A DNA stretch of 64,000 nucleotides from Eledone cirrhosa (taxonomy: Eukaryota): assembly GCA_964016885.1 (NCBI GenBank), contig OZ024744.1, positions 115,258,001-115,322,000 on the forward strand. Reading direction: 5' to 3'. The notes under the pieces were generated by a model. The model searched no databases. It was not told where the DNA came from and saw nothing but the letters and a program-made list of their open reading frames with translations. Position 1 is the stretch's first letter; every line of letters starts with the position of its first letter. The position numbers and the translations under genes were made by a program. Of the stretch, positions 50,769-61,954 are shown piece after piece.

Positions 50769-53700
50769 TGCACATCATTACTGCTTTACCGAGCACAGCT
50801 CTGAGACCTTGGGTATGTGCAGTATAGTTGCTGGCTGATGTTGTTTCTATTGTATTGATAGTACATTTCGTAATATGTGTGTAGTGCCTAGTAGTGCTAT
50901 CTTTTGTATGTTGTATATATTTGTAAGTACTGTGGTACGCTATATAATATATACACAGTACCTAGTAGTGCTATCTTCTGTATGTTGTATATATTTGTAA
51001 GTCCTGTGCTACTCTATATAATATATATACAGTACCTGATAGTGGTATCTTTTGTATGTTGTATATATTTGTAAGTCCTGAGGTACTCTATATAATATAT
51101 ACATACAGTACCTAGTAGTGCTATCTTTTGTATGTTGTATATATTTGTAAGTCCTGAGGTACTCTATATAATATATATATACAGTACCTAGTAGTGCTAT
51201 CTTTTGTATGTTGTATATATTTGTAAGTCCTGTGGTACTCTATATAATATACATACAGTACCTAGTAGTGCTATCATATGTATGTTTTATATATTTGTAA
51301 GTCCTGTGGTACTCTATATAATATATATACAGTACCTAGTAGTGCTATCTTTTGTATGTTGTATATATTTGTAAGTCCTGTGGTACTCTATATAATATAT
51401 ATACAGTACCTAGTAGTGCTATCTTTTGTATGTTGTATATATTTGTAAGTCCTGTGGTACTCTATATAATATATATACAGTACCTAGTAGTGCTATCTTT
51501 TGTATGTTGTATATATTTGTAAGTCCTGTGGTACTCTATATAATATATATACAGTACCTAGTAGTGCTATCTTTTGTATGTTGTATATATTTGTAAGTCC
51601 TGTGGTACTCTATATAATATATATACAGTACCTAATAGTGCTATCTTTTGTATGTTGTATATATTTGTAAGTCCTGTGGTACTCTATATAATATATATAC
51701 AGTACCTAGTAGTGCTATCTTTTGTGTGCTGTATATATTTGTAAGTCCTGTGGTACTCTATATAATATATATACAGTACCTAGTAGTGCTATTTTTTGTG
51801 TGCTGTATGTATTTGTAAGTCCTGTGGTACTCTATATAATATATATACAGTACCTAGTAGTGCTATCTTCTGTATGTTGTATATATTTGTAAGTACTGTG
51901 GTATGCTATATAATATATACACAGTACCTAGTAGTGCTATCTTCTGTATGTTGTATATATTTGTAAGTACCGTGGTACGCTATATAATATATACACAGTA
52001 CCTAGTAGTGCTATCTTCTGTATGTTGTATATATTTGTAAGTCCTGTGGTACTCTATATAATATATATACAGTACCTAGTAGTGCTATCTTTTGTATGTT
52101 GTATATATTTGTAAGTCCTGTGGTACTCTATATAATATATATACAGTACCTAGTAGTGATATCTTTTGTATGCTGTATATATTTGTAAGTCCTGTGGTAC
52201 TCTATATAATATATACACAGTACCTAGTAGTGCTATCTTTTGTATGTTGTATATATTTGTAAGTCCTGTGGTACTCTATATAATATATATATACAGTACC
52301 TAGTAGTGCTATCTTTTGTATGCTGTATATATGTGTAAGTCCTGTGGTACTCTATAATATATATACAGTATATATTTGTAAGTCCTGTGGTACTCTATAT
52401 AATATATATACAGTGCCTAGTAGTGCTATCTTTTGTATGCTGTATATATGTGTAAGTCCTGTGGTACTCTATAAAATATATATACAGTACCTAGTAGTGC
52501 TATCTTTTGTATGTTGTATATATTTGTAAGTCCTGTGATACCCTATATAATATATATACAGTACCTAGAAGTGGTATCTACTGTATGCTGTATATATTTG
52601 TAAGTCCTGTGCTACTCTATATAATATATATACAGTACCTAGTAGTGCTATCTTTTGTGTGCTGTATATATTTGTAATTCCTGGGGTACTCTATATAATA
52701 TATATACAGTACCTAGTAGTGCTATCTTTTGTGTGCTGTATATATTTGTAAGTCCTGTGGTACTCTATATAATATATACACAGTGCCTAGTAGTGCTATC
52801 TTCTGTATGTTGTATATATTTGTAAGTACTGTGGTACGCTATATAATATATATATACAGTACCTAGTCATGCTATCTTTTGTATGTTGTATAAATTTGTA
52901 AGTCCTGTGGTACTCTATATAATATATATACAGTACCTAGTAGTGCTATCTTTTGTATGTTGTATATATTTGTAAGACCTGTGGTACTCTATATAATATA
53001 TATACAGTACCCAGTAGTGCTATCTTTTGTATGCTGTATATATTTGTAAGTCCTGTGGTACTCTATAATATATATACAGTATATATTTGTAAGTCCTGTG
53101 GTACTCTATATAATATATATACAGTGCCTAGTAGTGCTATCTTTTGTATGCTGTATATATGTGTAAGTCCTGTGGTACTCTATATAATATATATACAGTA
53201 CCTAGTAGTGCTATCTTCTGTATGTTGTATATATTTGTAAGTCCTGTGGTACTCTATATAATATATATACAGTACCTAGTAGTGCTATCTTTTGTATGTT
53301 GTATATATTTGTAAGTACTGGGGTGCTCTATATAATATATATACAGTACCTAGTAGTGGTATCTTTTGTATGTTGTATATATTTGCAAGTCCTGTGGTAC
53401 TCTGTATAATATATATACAGTACCTAGTAGTGCTATCTTTTGTATGCTGTATATATTTGTAAGTCCTGTGGTACTCTATATAATATATATACAGTACCTA
53501 GTAGTGCTATCTTTTGTATGTTGTATATATTTGTAAGTACTGTGGTACTCTATATAATATATATACAGTACCTAGTAGTGCTATCTTTTGTATGTTGTAT
53601 ATATTTGTAAGTACTGGGGTGCTCTATATAATATATATACAGTACCTAGTAGTGCTATCTTTTGTATGTTGTATATATTTGCAAGTCCTGTGGTACTCTG

Positions 53701-54202
53701 TATAATATATATACAGTACCTAGTAGTGCTATCTTTTGTATGTTGTATATATTTGTAAGTACTGTGGTACTCTGTATAATATATATACAGTACCTAGTAG
53801 TGGTATCTTTTGTATGTTGTATATATTTGTAAGTCCTGTGGTACTCTGTATAATATATATACAGTACCTAGTAGTGGTATCTTTTGTATGTTGTATATAT
53901 TTGTAAGTCCTGTGGTACGCTATATAATATATACACAGTGCCTAGTAGTGCTATCTTTTGTATGTTGTATATATTTGTAAGTCCTGTGGTACTCTATATA
54001 ATATATATACAGAACCTAGTAGTGCTATCTTTTGTATGTTGTATATATTTGTAAGTCCTGTGGTACTCTATATAATATATATACAGAACCTAGTAGTGCT
54101 ATCTTTTGTATGCTGTATATATTTGTAAGTCCTGGGGTTTGGCTATTTATTTGTGTGTGAGTTTTCATCATTCCGAGAGCACTTATTATTATAGGTATTG
54201 TT
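50755..54202 (-). mobile_element. 3' end of an R4/Dong-like (RLE) non-LTR element split by an internal 74-bp satellite
   Basis: Minus translation TIPIIISALGMMK...TPGLTN (54200-54121) resumes after the array as LTNIYNIQKIALLGTTHILRNVLSIQ* (50928-50849), followed by a 3'UTR and (AAT)n tail. Confidence 0.75.
50882..54134. repeat. 74-bp satellite, ~44 copies
   Basis: Unit cctagtagtgctatcttttgtatgttgtatatatttgtaagtcctgtggtactctatataatatatatacagta (gtcctg at 51301, 51375, 51449). Confidence 0.97.
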
Positions 54203-54204
54203 AT

Positions 54205-56717
54205 TAACGCAGAACATGAAGGCTGTGTTTAAGCCATTCTATGGGCCCAAGTGGCGGAGCTGCATCGTGGCAACAAAGTCACAATCTGTTAATTGGAGGA
54301 CCATGAAGAGTGCATGCTACTCGATCCCGGGCAAACATGTGCGGCTTTTCAGCAACTCTTTACTCAGCTGTTCGAGGGAAGCGGTGGGTCGGATGGCAGG
54401 ATGGACTTTAGTGCCTACCTCGACGGACTACCGCGGCACCCAGCCACTGAGGCAGAGTGTTGCGAAATGCCAATAACAGCTGCTGAAGTACGGGAGGTAA
54501 TAACTGGCTGGCTGCACAATAGGTGAATCGCCTGGTTCGATGGCCTGCCCTATCAGCTTTACGTAAACATGCTTGACCTGTTCGGAGACCTCTTGGCGGA
54601 CATCTACTGCAACTGGCAGCAAACCGGAGAATTCCCAGCTCTGTGAGCCGAGGAGCGGTGGCGCTGCTGAGAAAGGATCCGAACAAGGGGGATAACATAG
54701 ATAATTTCAGGCCCATAACTCTGCTAAACAGAGAGTTCAAGATTTTAGCCAAGGTGCTAGCAAAGAGGTTGGCGCTTGTCGTTGGTGGTCTGGTGGGAGA
54801 GGTGCAGACATGCGCCATTCCCGACAGATCCATCCATGACAACCTCCACCTCATGCGATACATCGTCAAGATGGTCGACCATCGTTATGTGGCGGCAGTC
54901 CTGAGGGCGGCTGGCTTTGGGCCCGTCTTCAGAGGCTAGATTGCTGCCATGCAGAGCGACATCTGCTCTGTAGTGAGAGTGAACGGTCACCTTTCGGAAC
55001 CGTTCAACATCATGTGCTCGGTCCGCCAGAGATGTCCTCTCTCGTCCCTCTTGTATGTATTGACTCTCGAGCCATTACTGCACAAACTGGAGACGTTGAG
55101 GGGCGTCCTGCTTGAACTAGGATGCGGAAGAATCGTGTCAGCATATGCAGACGACGTCACCGTAGTGGTGTCTAACGCCAAACACATCGAGGCAATCGGC
55201 ACCACACTAAGAGAATGGTGACAGGAAGAGTCAGTGGGCCTGCAGCTCGGCACCTGGAGAGGCATGTCCATGCTGTCCAACAGCGTGTCGAGTGCTGGAG
55301 AGATGGACCGGTGAAATTGCTAGGGGTCTCGTTTGGTCCGGACCTTCAGACAGACAAAAACTGGGACGAGGTGACGAGCAGGGTGGCCTCTCTCACCCAG
55401 AAATGGGCAGAGAGGAAGCTATCCCTAAAAGGTCAAGCGGAGGTGGCGAATGCATACATAGCGTCCGTCATCTACTACTGCCTGACTTTTGTGCCTTGTC
55501 CTAAGCCTCGCCTGACAGCATTGGAGCATTTGCTCTTTTACTTTTTGTGGAAGGGACGCGCTCCGATGGTCAGGCAGTCCATCTGCTGTCAATACCCGCT
55601 ACGCGGAGGGCTGGACATATCATGGCTGATGATGTGCAAACATGTGCTCAGGCTACAGCATCTCCACCTTCCTCGACGGTGATCAGGTGTGGTTGTCATT
55701 TGCTAGACGTGTGTTTCCCCAGCTCGTCGCCTTGACGGAACTGCAGTCCTGGAAGCGCTTGGAGACTGGAATGTCTTCAGGCGCTCACAGCCTTCGACCA
55801 ATCGGACAATGCAATCAGTGGCAACTCCACCTCGGCATTCTATAGAGGGTTAGTGGAGGGAGAGAGCAACAATGTCCTTGGGGAGATTCTGGGCATCGAC
55901 AAAAATCAACTAGCCAATCTCTTTGAGAGAACTTTCAGGTCAGGGTCCATGGACAACTTCCAGAAATCCATGGCCTGGCAGTGCTACCGAGGAGCTTTGC
56001 CAGTTCGGGATAATCTCTACAGGCATGGAAGTGCCGTCAGCTGGGCTTGTCCGAGATGTGCGTAGGGTGACAAAACCGTCCTGCATGCACTCGTCCAATG
56101 TCCGAGCATTGCTGACTTGTGGGTTTATGTCGAACATCTGCTGTCGCATGTAGGATGGATCCGCCTATCAGCTGAGTCCATCGTGAGGATTGTCCCGCCA
56201 CCTTCCTTTAGCCTGGAAGGGCAGGCAGTTTTTATCTGTCTGGTGGCCATGGCGAAAGAGATAGTATGGTGGACATGTTTAAAAGGGCTGAAGACAAGCA
56301 CTTACCTCTTTGGTGATGCCCTGATTAACTTTTTCAAATTTTATTTGAAAAGGAAAATCAGGGTACAGAGGGAAGTGCTCTCTTCCCAGCAATTTGTTGA
56401 AAGATGAGTGAGAGAGGCAAGAATGGCCAGAGTGAATGGACCTACTCTGAGTATGTGCCTGTTATATTGTAGGTGGAAGACTGGAAGAGGGCGTTTACCC
56501 TGGCGGTCAGGGTAACCGTGGCTTTTTTTTTTAGGTCTTTCTCCAGGAGTGACCCTCGGAGGTCTCCCCCTATTGTTACATCACTTTTTATTTTGTTTTT
56601 TACACACAGAAATGCCCATTTGTACCATCCTGTATTGTCCTGTGCTGTCCTTAATGTTATACTTTATGTCAACCCTTGTGGTTAATAATGAACGCGTTAT
56701 TATTATTATTATTATTA
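54205..56717 (+). mobile_element. Decayed, 5'-truncated L1/Tx1-clade LINE
   Basis: Frameshifted pieces: SPGxDGLP, NFRPITLLNREFKILAKVLAKRL, SVRQRCPLS, SAYADDVT, KLLGV, RKLSLKG, CPRC..TVLHALVQC; ends in (TTA)n. Confidence 0.9.
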
Positions 56718-56719
56718 TA

Positions 56720-56917
56720 AAGGGCGGTGGATTGGCAGTATCGGTAGAGGGTTTGACACCATGCTTTGCAGCAAAGAGTTACGGCCCTTTATGATCTAAG
56801 GTCAAATCCCACTGAGGTTAACTTTGCCTTTCATCCTTACGGGGTCGATAAAATAAAGTACCAGTAATACATTGGGTAATTGCTGGCCTTGTGCCTAACG
56901 TAGAAACAATTATTATT
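56720..56917 (+). mobile_element. tRNA/Nin-type SINE
   Basis: Same family as the SINE at 7155-7345. Confidence 0.88.
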
Positions 56918-57345
56918 GTTGTTCTTTTTGTAAATTTCAAACACTTAGATGTTAAATTAGGGAGCAGTCAACAAGTTGACAAAGGTTCTTTACTGCATCC
57001 TCACCTGTGTCTTACATAGACATGACTTTCCATAAATTCCTTGCTCTACCAAGAAGTGCTGTCTTCTGTATGACTTGTAACCTTGCATCAATTCCGATTC
57101 TATTTATAGTCCTAAAAACTGTCCAATATTCAACCCAGCGCTGCAATCACCCCTGGAATCACTAAAACCTTCTTCATCTCCAACAACTTTTAAACCTCCC
57201 CCTTCAGTGGCTCAATAATTTGGGTCTCTTTTTTCTTCTTGTTCACAATTAAATTGTCTGGCCTTCTTGCCTCAATCATTTTATCTCGTTGAATGGTGAA
57301 GTCACACAAAAGCTTAAATTTGTCATTCTCTTCCACCCATTCTAA
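56908..57345 (-). mobile_element. 3' fragment of a second R4/Dong-like element (restriction-like endonuclease domain)
   Basis: Minus translation VEENDKFKLLCDFTIQRDKMIEARRPDNLIVNKKKK...QKTALLGRARNLWKV, typical of the R4/Dong RPD..D region and C-terminus. Confidence 0.8.
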
Positions 57346-57349
57346 TACC

Positions 57350-58563
57350 ATTTACTGTCCCGGTGCAACTGCTACATATAAAGCCTACATTCTTAGTTAA
57401 GCTTCCTGAGATCCCACTACATCTATTGTGTACCTATAGTTTGCATTTAGGGCAGAGGATGGAATTTCTAACTACACCTTTCCTACATACTGAGCAAGAC
57501 CATGGGTACACAAGAGATGTAGTGGTATCTCAGGAAGTTTAGCTAAGAACATAGGTTTTACATGTAGCTGTTGCACTGGAGCAGTAAGCAGCAAATGGCC
57601 ACAGAAAGCAAGCACTATCAAACTCTGAGAGGGCTCTGTAGAAACAGTAGACAGCTTTTGCTAACTAGGTGACCAAATTAGCAGTAGAGGTGGGTGTTCG
57701 GAAAGTACAGTCACAAGGGTAAGAACGGGATGGAAGAAGTTCAGGGAGCTACTACCTCTGTTAGCTACAAAAGGCTTTTCCCTCAAAATAAAAGGCAGAT
57801 TGTATGATGCGTGCATACGAACAGCAATGTTACATGGTAATGAGACCTGGGCGTGTGTAGAAGATTTGCGTAGATTAGAAAGAAATGAAGCCTGCATGCT
57901 CCGATGGATGTGTAATAGTAATATACGCGAACGGCAAAGCATAAATGAACTGAAAGAGAAACTAGGCATAAGAGGAATCAGATGCAGTGTGCAGGAGAGG
58001 AAATTGCATTGGTATGGTCATGTGATGCATATGAAGTATGACAGCTGCATAAAAAGGTGCAAGGAACTCAAAGTTCATGAAAGCTATGAAAGAGGAGGAC
58101 CTAGGAAAGCTTAGGATGAGGTTGATAAAAGCTGACCTTGCACAATTGCACCTCTCAAAGGTGATGACACTGGATAGAGATCTTTGTCATTGCGCAGTAA
58201 TACAGAAAACCTAACTTCTCTTGTACATGGGTTGAAGCATACATCTTGTATGCACCACCTCCACCTCTCATATCAGAACACCACACCCATGACCTAACAC
58301 CTCAACCATCACCTATGTCCCTAGATCTACCTCCCCAATCCCCCCACACACCCCATCCAAGTCCCTAGCCCACACTGTAAAGTGGTTATGTAGGTGTCAT
58401 GACAAAAAGCACCTAGTACTCACTGTCAATGTGGCTGGTGTTAGGAAAGGCATCCAGCTGTAGAAACCAAGCCCAAAACAGTTCTGTATGAGTAAGACAT
58501 GGTCACCTGACCAGACTTGTCTAACCAGTGCTAGTATGGAAAATGGACATTAAACAGTGATGA
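57350..58563 (+). mobile_element. Decayed 5'-truncated RTE LINE with an inverted 5' segment (57350-57502)
   Basis: 57503-58215 is closely similar to the C-terminus of the 39827 ORF; 3'UTR ends ggacattaaacagtgatgat; 57350-57502 is the zinc-finger region in opposite orientation. Confidence 0.9.
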
Positions 58564-58580
58564 TATATATATATATATAT

Positions 58581-58900
58581 CTTTTACCTTGTGTCATGAG
58601 ATTGACGTTAACTTATGTTCCCATCCCTTTCTGTTTTCATTTATCTGACCGGTAGTAGCATACTATAAACTTTAGCCACGTCACTCCAGGGCGACCGGCT
58701 GAGAGTGAAGGAACAGAATAGCGGTCACCCTCGGGTACTCGATTTTCAGCCCCATGGATTTTATCTATTACATTCACGTATTATATTTCGAATACCTGAT
58801 GATGTCACCGGATTCATACGGAACCCGGTCATTGAAATGATCATAGTATAATAAACCTTTCAAGGATTTACACAAATCCAGCCTCCTGTCATTTCATTAT

Positions 58901-58906
<6 letters not shown>
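58581..58906 (+). mobile_element. ~325-bp non-coding element inside (TA)n carrying a hammerhead ribozyme (Penelope pLTR/retrozyme-like)
   Basis: TA runs at 58563-58580 and 58907-58939; internal hairpin agggcgaccg/cggtcaccct; HHR followed by AATAAA. Confidence 0.65.
58792..58849 (+). ncRNA. Type I minimal hammerhead ribozyme
   Basis: Stem I atac/gtat; CTGATGA (58796-802); stem II accgg..ttc/gaa..ccggt with an imperfect base; GAAA (58834-37); palindromic stem III tgatca; AUA triplet with predicted cut after 58845. Confidence 0.72.
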
Positions 58907-58937
<31 letters not shown>

Positions 58938-58942
<5 letters not shown>

Positions 58943-59250
58943 GATGCAGCATAAATACTGTTACAAAATAAATGCTTATAACTCCTTAAATATTTATTGT
59001 TTCTAGCTAAAATTGTGGCACAAAGTAATTGATAAAATGTTGATTAACCCCATAAAATCTTATTCTATATGCTTTCCTATTGCTCTCACAACACCTTGAA
59101 TCTCTTAGGAAAAGCCTGTATGGTGACGCACATAGTTTCAATTCAAATATTGTTCCGTACTTTCACCAATTTTGCCTTCAGAGACTCAATATTGTGATGC
59201 AGAGTAGAGCAGGTTTCATTCTCAAAAATTGACTATAAGGAATAGTCAAG
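58938..59250 (-). mobile_element. Tc1/mariner-superfamily transposon 3' remnant
   Basis: Minus translation LDYSL*SIFENETCSTLHHNIESLKAKLVKVRNNI*IET...FPKRFK...GKHIE*; ends at ta|caggatg, a TA-flanked TIR-like end. Confidence 0.7.
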
Positions 59251-59440
59251 ATTTTGACTTGGTTTCTACAGCTGAATGCCCTTCCTAACACCAATCTCAT
59301 TTACAGTGAGTACTGGGTGCTTTTTGTCATGACACCTAAATGACCACTTTACAGTGGGAGGGGGTGTGGGGCATACTGTCTATATGCTTCAGCTTGTACC
59401 CATGGGAAGTTGGGTCTTCTGTATTACTGTGTAATAAAAC
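59251..59440 (-). mobile_element. RTE LINE 3' end fragment
   Basis: cagtaatacagaagacccaactt...cactgtaaagtgg...cagctgtagaaaccaag aligns by eye to 58195-58475. Confidence 0.8.
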
Positions 59441-59447
59441 TTGGACA

Positions 59448-60650
59448 CTATCTCCCAGCTCCTTTCTCTCTTGTCTTAACTTCATCCAAATATTGTTCAA
59501 AGCCAGATTCCTGCAGTGGGTAACGATATTCTTCATACAAATCAGACTCAACCAGTTGCTTTCTAAATTCCTTCACAGTCGAAGTCCTGTCTTCCCTGTT
59601 CTGGTATTTTATCTCCTTGCAGAAATTGTATCCATCCATATTCAAATGAGACACCCCCAAGTCGTTCAAAAGAGCCTTGTGATGAATCTCAGCCGAGGTT
59701 TTATGGTCATATTTGCTTTGAAGCATGCAATCAACATCCAGTTTTACAACAATTTCATTAAATTTCTTCATTGCCATTTCTTTCCCTCCATTAAACAGAT
59801 CGCAGTGTGCCAGCCACATGTAAATATTCACATATATATAATGTTTTGACTTTGTCTCCTTCATTATATCAGCTGCAGTTTCCAGACATTCCATACCATT
59901 TTTCAGATGTCTCATCCTGATGTAGATCTTTGCTTTAGCCAAGAATATCCTAGCAAAATTGATATGTCTGCAGCAAAATTCCCTTCAGACATCATTGATG
60001 ATCATTGTATAAATCAGACTCTATGTCAGCAATATAACACATGAGCACGCTCCAACAATGCCTTTTCAGTTCCTCCAGAGACAATTTGTAACATGTTAAT
60101 GCTTCTTCTAGGTTCCCTAGCAGAAATTCTGTCCAAGCCAATGTACTTACAACAATGCCATATGTCGGATGGTCTGAATATTTGGGATCGTCATACAATT
60201 CTTTGGCAATTTCATGACCTCTGGCAGTTTCACCCAAACATAAGGAGTTGTATGAAGCGAAGTTCAAGACGTAATACAAATTAAACCTCACAACTTCATT
60301 GTCTTTATCAACTATCGTTAGTTTACATGCCTCTTTGTAACACCTGTCAGTTTTCTTGTCTTCAACTTGCCAATACGAGCAGAGGGCTAAAGCATTATAT
60401 GTATTGAGACATTTGGGTTTCATATTCAACTCCTATCTAGAGCCTTCTCACAATGTTGCGCACCTTCGGCCAGATTACTGTTAGCTGAGCTTTTTATCAT
60501 AGTTTGACCCATTCACAACTGCAATAATGCCTTTTGATCCTTTCTTCCAAAGTAGCAAGAATTATCATAACATATTTGCTAAGTCTCAGAAGCTTCTCCT
60601 GGGAAGAGAGTGATAGATTGATATGCCATATCAGCAATTTGATAATGTCT
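59448..60650 (-). pseudogene. Intronless, disrupted TPR-like helical-repeat protein sequence nested in the intron
   Basis: ORFs 59992..60429 and 59448..59942 in different frames, plus a stop-containing upstream frame (KALLQL*MGQTM...AEGAQHCEKAL). TPR-like patterns: STLAWTEFLLGNLEEALTCYKLSL, LAKAKIYIRMRHLKNGMECLETA. Confidence 0.6.
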
Positions 60651-60669
60651 TTAATATATATATATATAT

Positions 60670-60800
60670 GTCATCATTATCACTACCATTTAACGTCCAT
60701 TTTCCCACCGTTTAACGTCTATTGGAATGGATTAGACAAGTTATCCTGTTGTGGGCAATGCTAGGTTTAGGTCAGGTGACCATGTTATGCTCATACAGAT
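60670..60800 (-). mobile_element. RTE-tail fragment
   Basis: tttaacgtccattttcc next to (CAT)n, and ggtcaggtgaccatg. Confidence 0.6.
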
Positions 60801-60900
60801 ATATATATTTATAGTAAGGGGTTAACCGAAAAAGGATGTGTGGGCCACATAGTGGTCTGTCAGTTGTGAAGTAGATAAAAGAAAGCACTCAATGGCCTGT

Positions 60901-61192
60901 ATATATTAATAAAAAATCCGAGGCTATATTAATTTGGTTTTGTTTTATCAAAATCCGTAATGTATCAGTTCTGGCAGCCAGAACTTCTCAGATGGTAAAC
61001 CTATAAAGCAATGAAATAATAAACCTTTAAGTTTGTTTGGAAAAGGTTTACTTTTATTGATACAGGGACCGACCGGGCATATGATGTTATTTCTTCCACG
61101 GTTGACCCCTGACAGTTCTCAGCAAAATGTACATTACAGATTTTAATAAACCAAAACCAAATGAATATGGCCTCAAAGTTTTATTGATATAT
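60901..61192. mobile_element. ~290-bp fold-back (MITE-like) element with ~64-bp imperfect terminal inverted repeats, TA-flanked
   Basis: 60901-60964 versus the reverse complement of 61130-61192 (gaggcYatattMatttggttttgKtttatYaaaatcYgtaatgta). Confidence 0.75.
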
Positions 61193-61197
61193 ATATA

Positions 61198-61363
61198 TCA
61201 TCATCATCATCATCATCATCACTGTTTTACATCCAATTTTCCATGCTAGCATGGGTTAGATGAGTTTCCTGTTGTGGACAATGCCAGGTCAGGTGACCAT
61301 GTCTTGCTTATAACAGAACTATTTTTGGCTTGATTATTACAGCTGGGTGTCCTTCCTAACACC
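61198..61363 (-). mobile_element. RTE-tail fragment with (GAT)n tail
   Basis: (CAT)n, ttttccatgctagcatgggttaga, tacagctgggtgtccttcctaacacc. Confidence 0.7.
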
Positions 61364-61456
61364 ATATATATATATATAGAGGGGAGGGGGGTATTTATTA
61401 AATAAGCACAACTGATAATTTTATTTGGAAATCAATCATTGAAACCAATAACTTAC

Positions 61457-61514
61457 TTGCAATTTATCTGGTTGACATCTGTAACAGGTGACATATTGAA
61501 TTGCTCCAAAGATT
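61457..61514 (-). CDS. SYNRG: 58-bp internal exon of the same gene (SLEQFNMSPVTDVNQINC)
   Basis: Acceptor ttcttcttttag|AATC and consensus donor GCAA|gtaagt. Open frame whose phase-2 end matches the 39375 exon. Confidence 0.6.
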
Positions 61515-61639
61515 CTAAAAGAAGAAGAATAGTTTATTTTTTCTTTAGTATTATCAAATAGCAACATAACTACATAACTTATTATGTAAACATTATAAAG
61601 AGAGTTTGGTATTTTTTCTGGAACTAAGAGGAGGATGCA

Positions 61640-61880
61640 TAGTTTGTAATTATCAGGTCCTGGGGTTCACAGCATCTTGTGGCATCTTGGGTGTCATTTA
61701 CTGTAGACACAGGTCAACACAAGCCTTGTCAGTGAAATTGGGTAGATGGAAACAGCATGGAAGCCCATGAGATGGATTGTATTTGTAATTCAAAGGTCCA
61801 ATGTTGTCACATACTGTGTCACACTGAATCTCCCTGAGAACTATGGGTACATAAGTATGTGGAATACTCAGTCACTTACT
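61640..61880 (+). mobile_element. Decayed SINE-like fragment
   Basis: aagccttgtcagtgaaattgggtagatggaaac and tgtcacactgaatctccctgagaacta resemble octopus SINE segments from memory; single copy here. Confidence 0.45.
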
Positions 61881-61954
61881 CTATAATTGTTTCTACTTTA
61901 CTCTATAATGATAAATAAAGAGTACCTCTAATGCAAAGGTTCAGCCATGTCACA

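Noticed and set aside
60955-60998. Minus-strand ctgagaa-hairpin-tgata as a hammerhead
   Set aside because: Core deviates at both conserved boxes; no convincing stem I or III.
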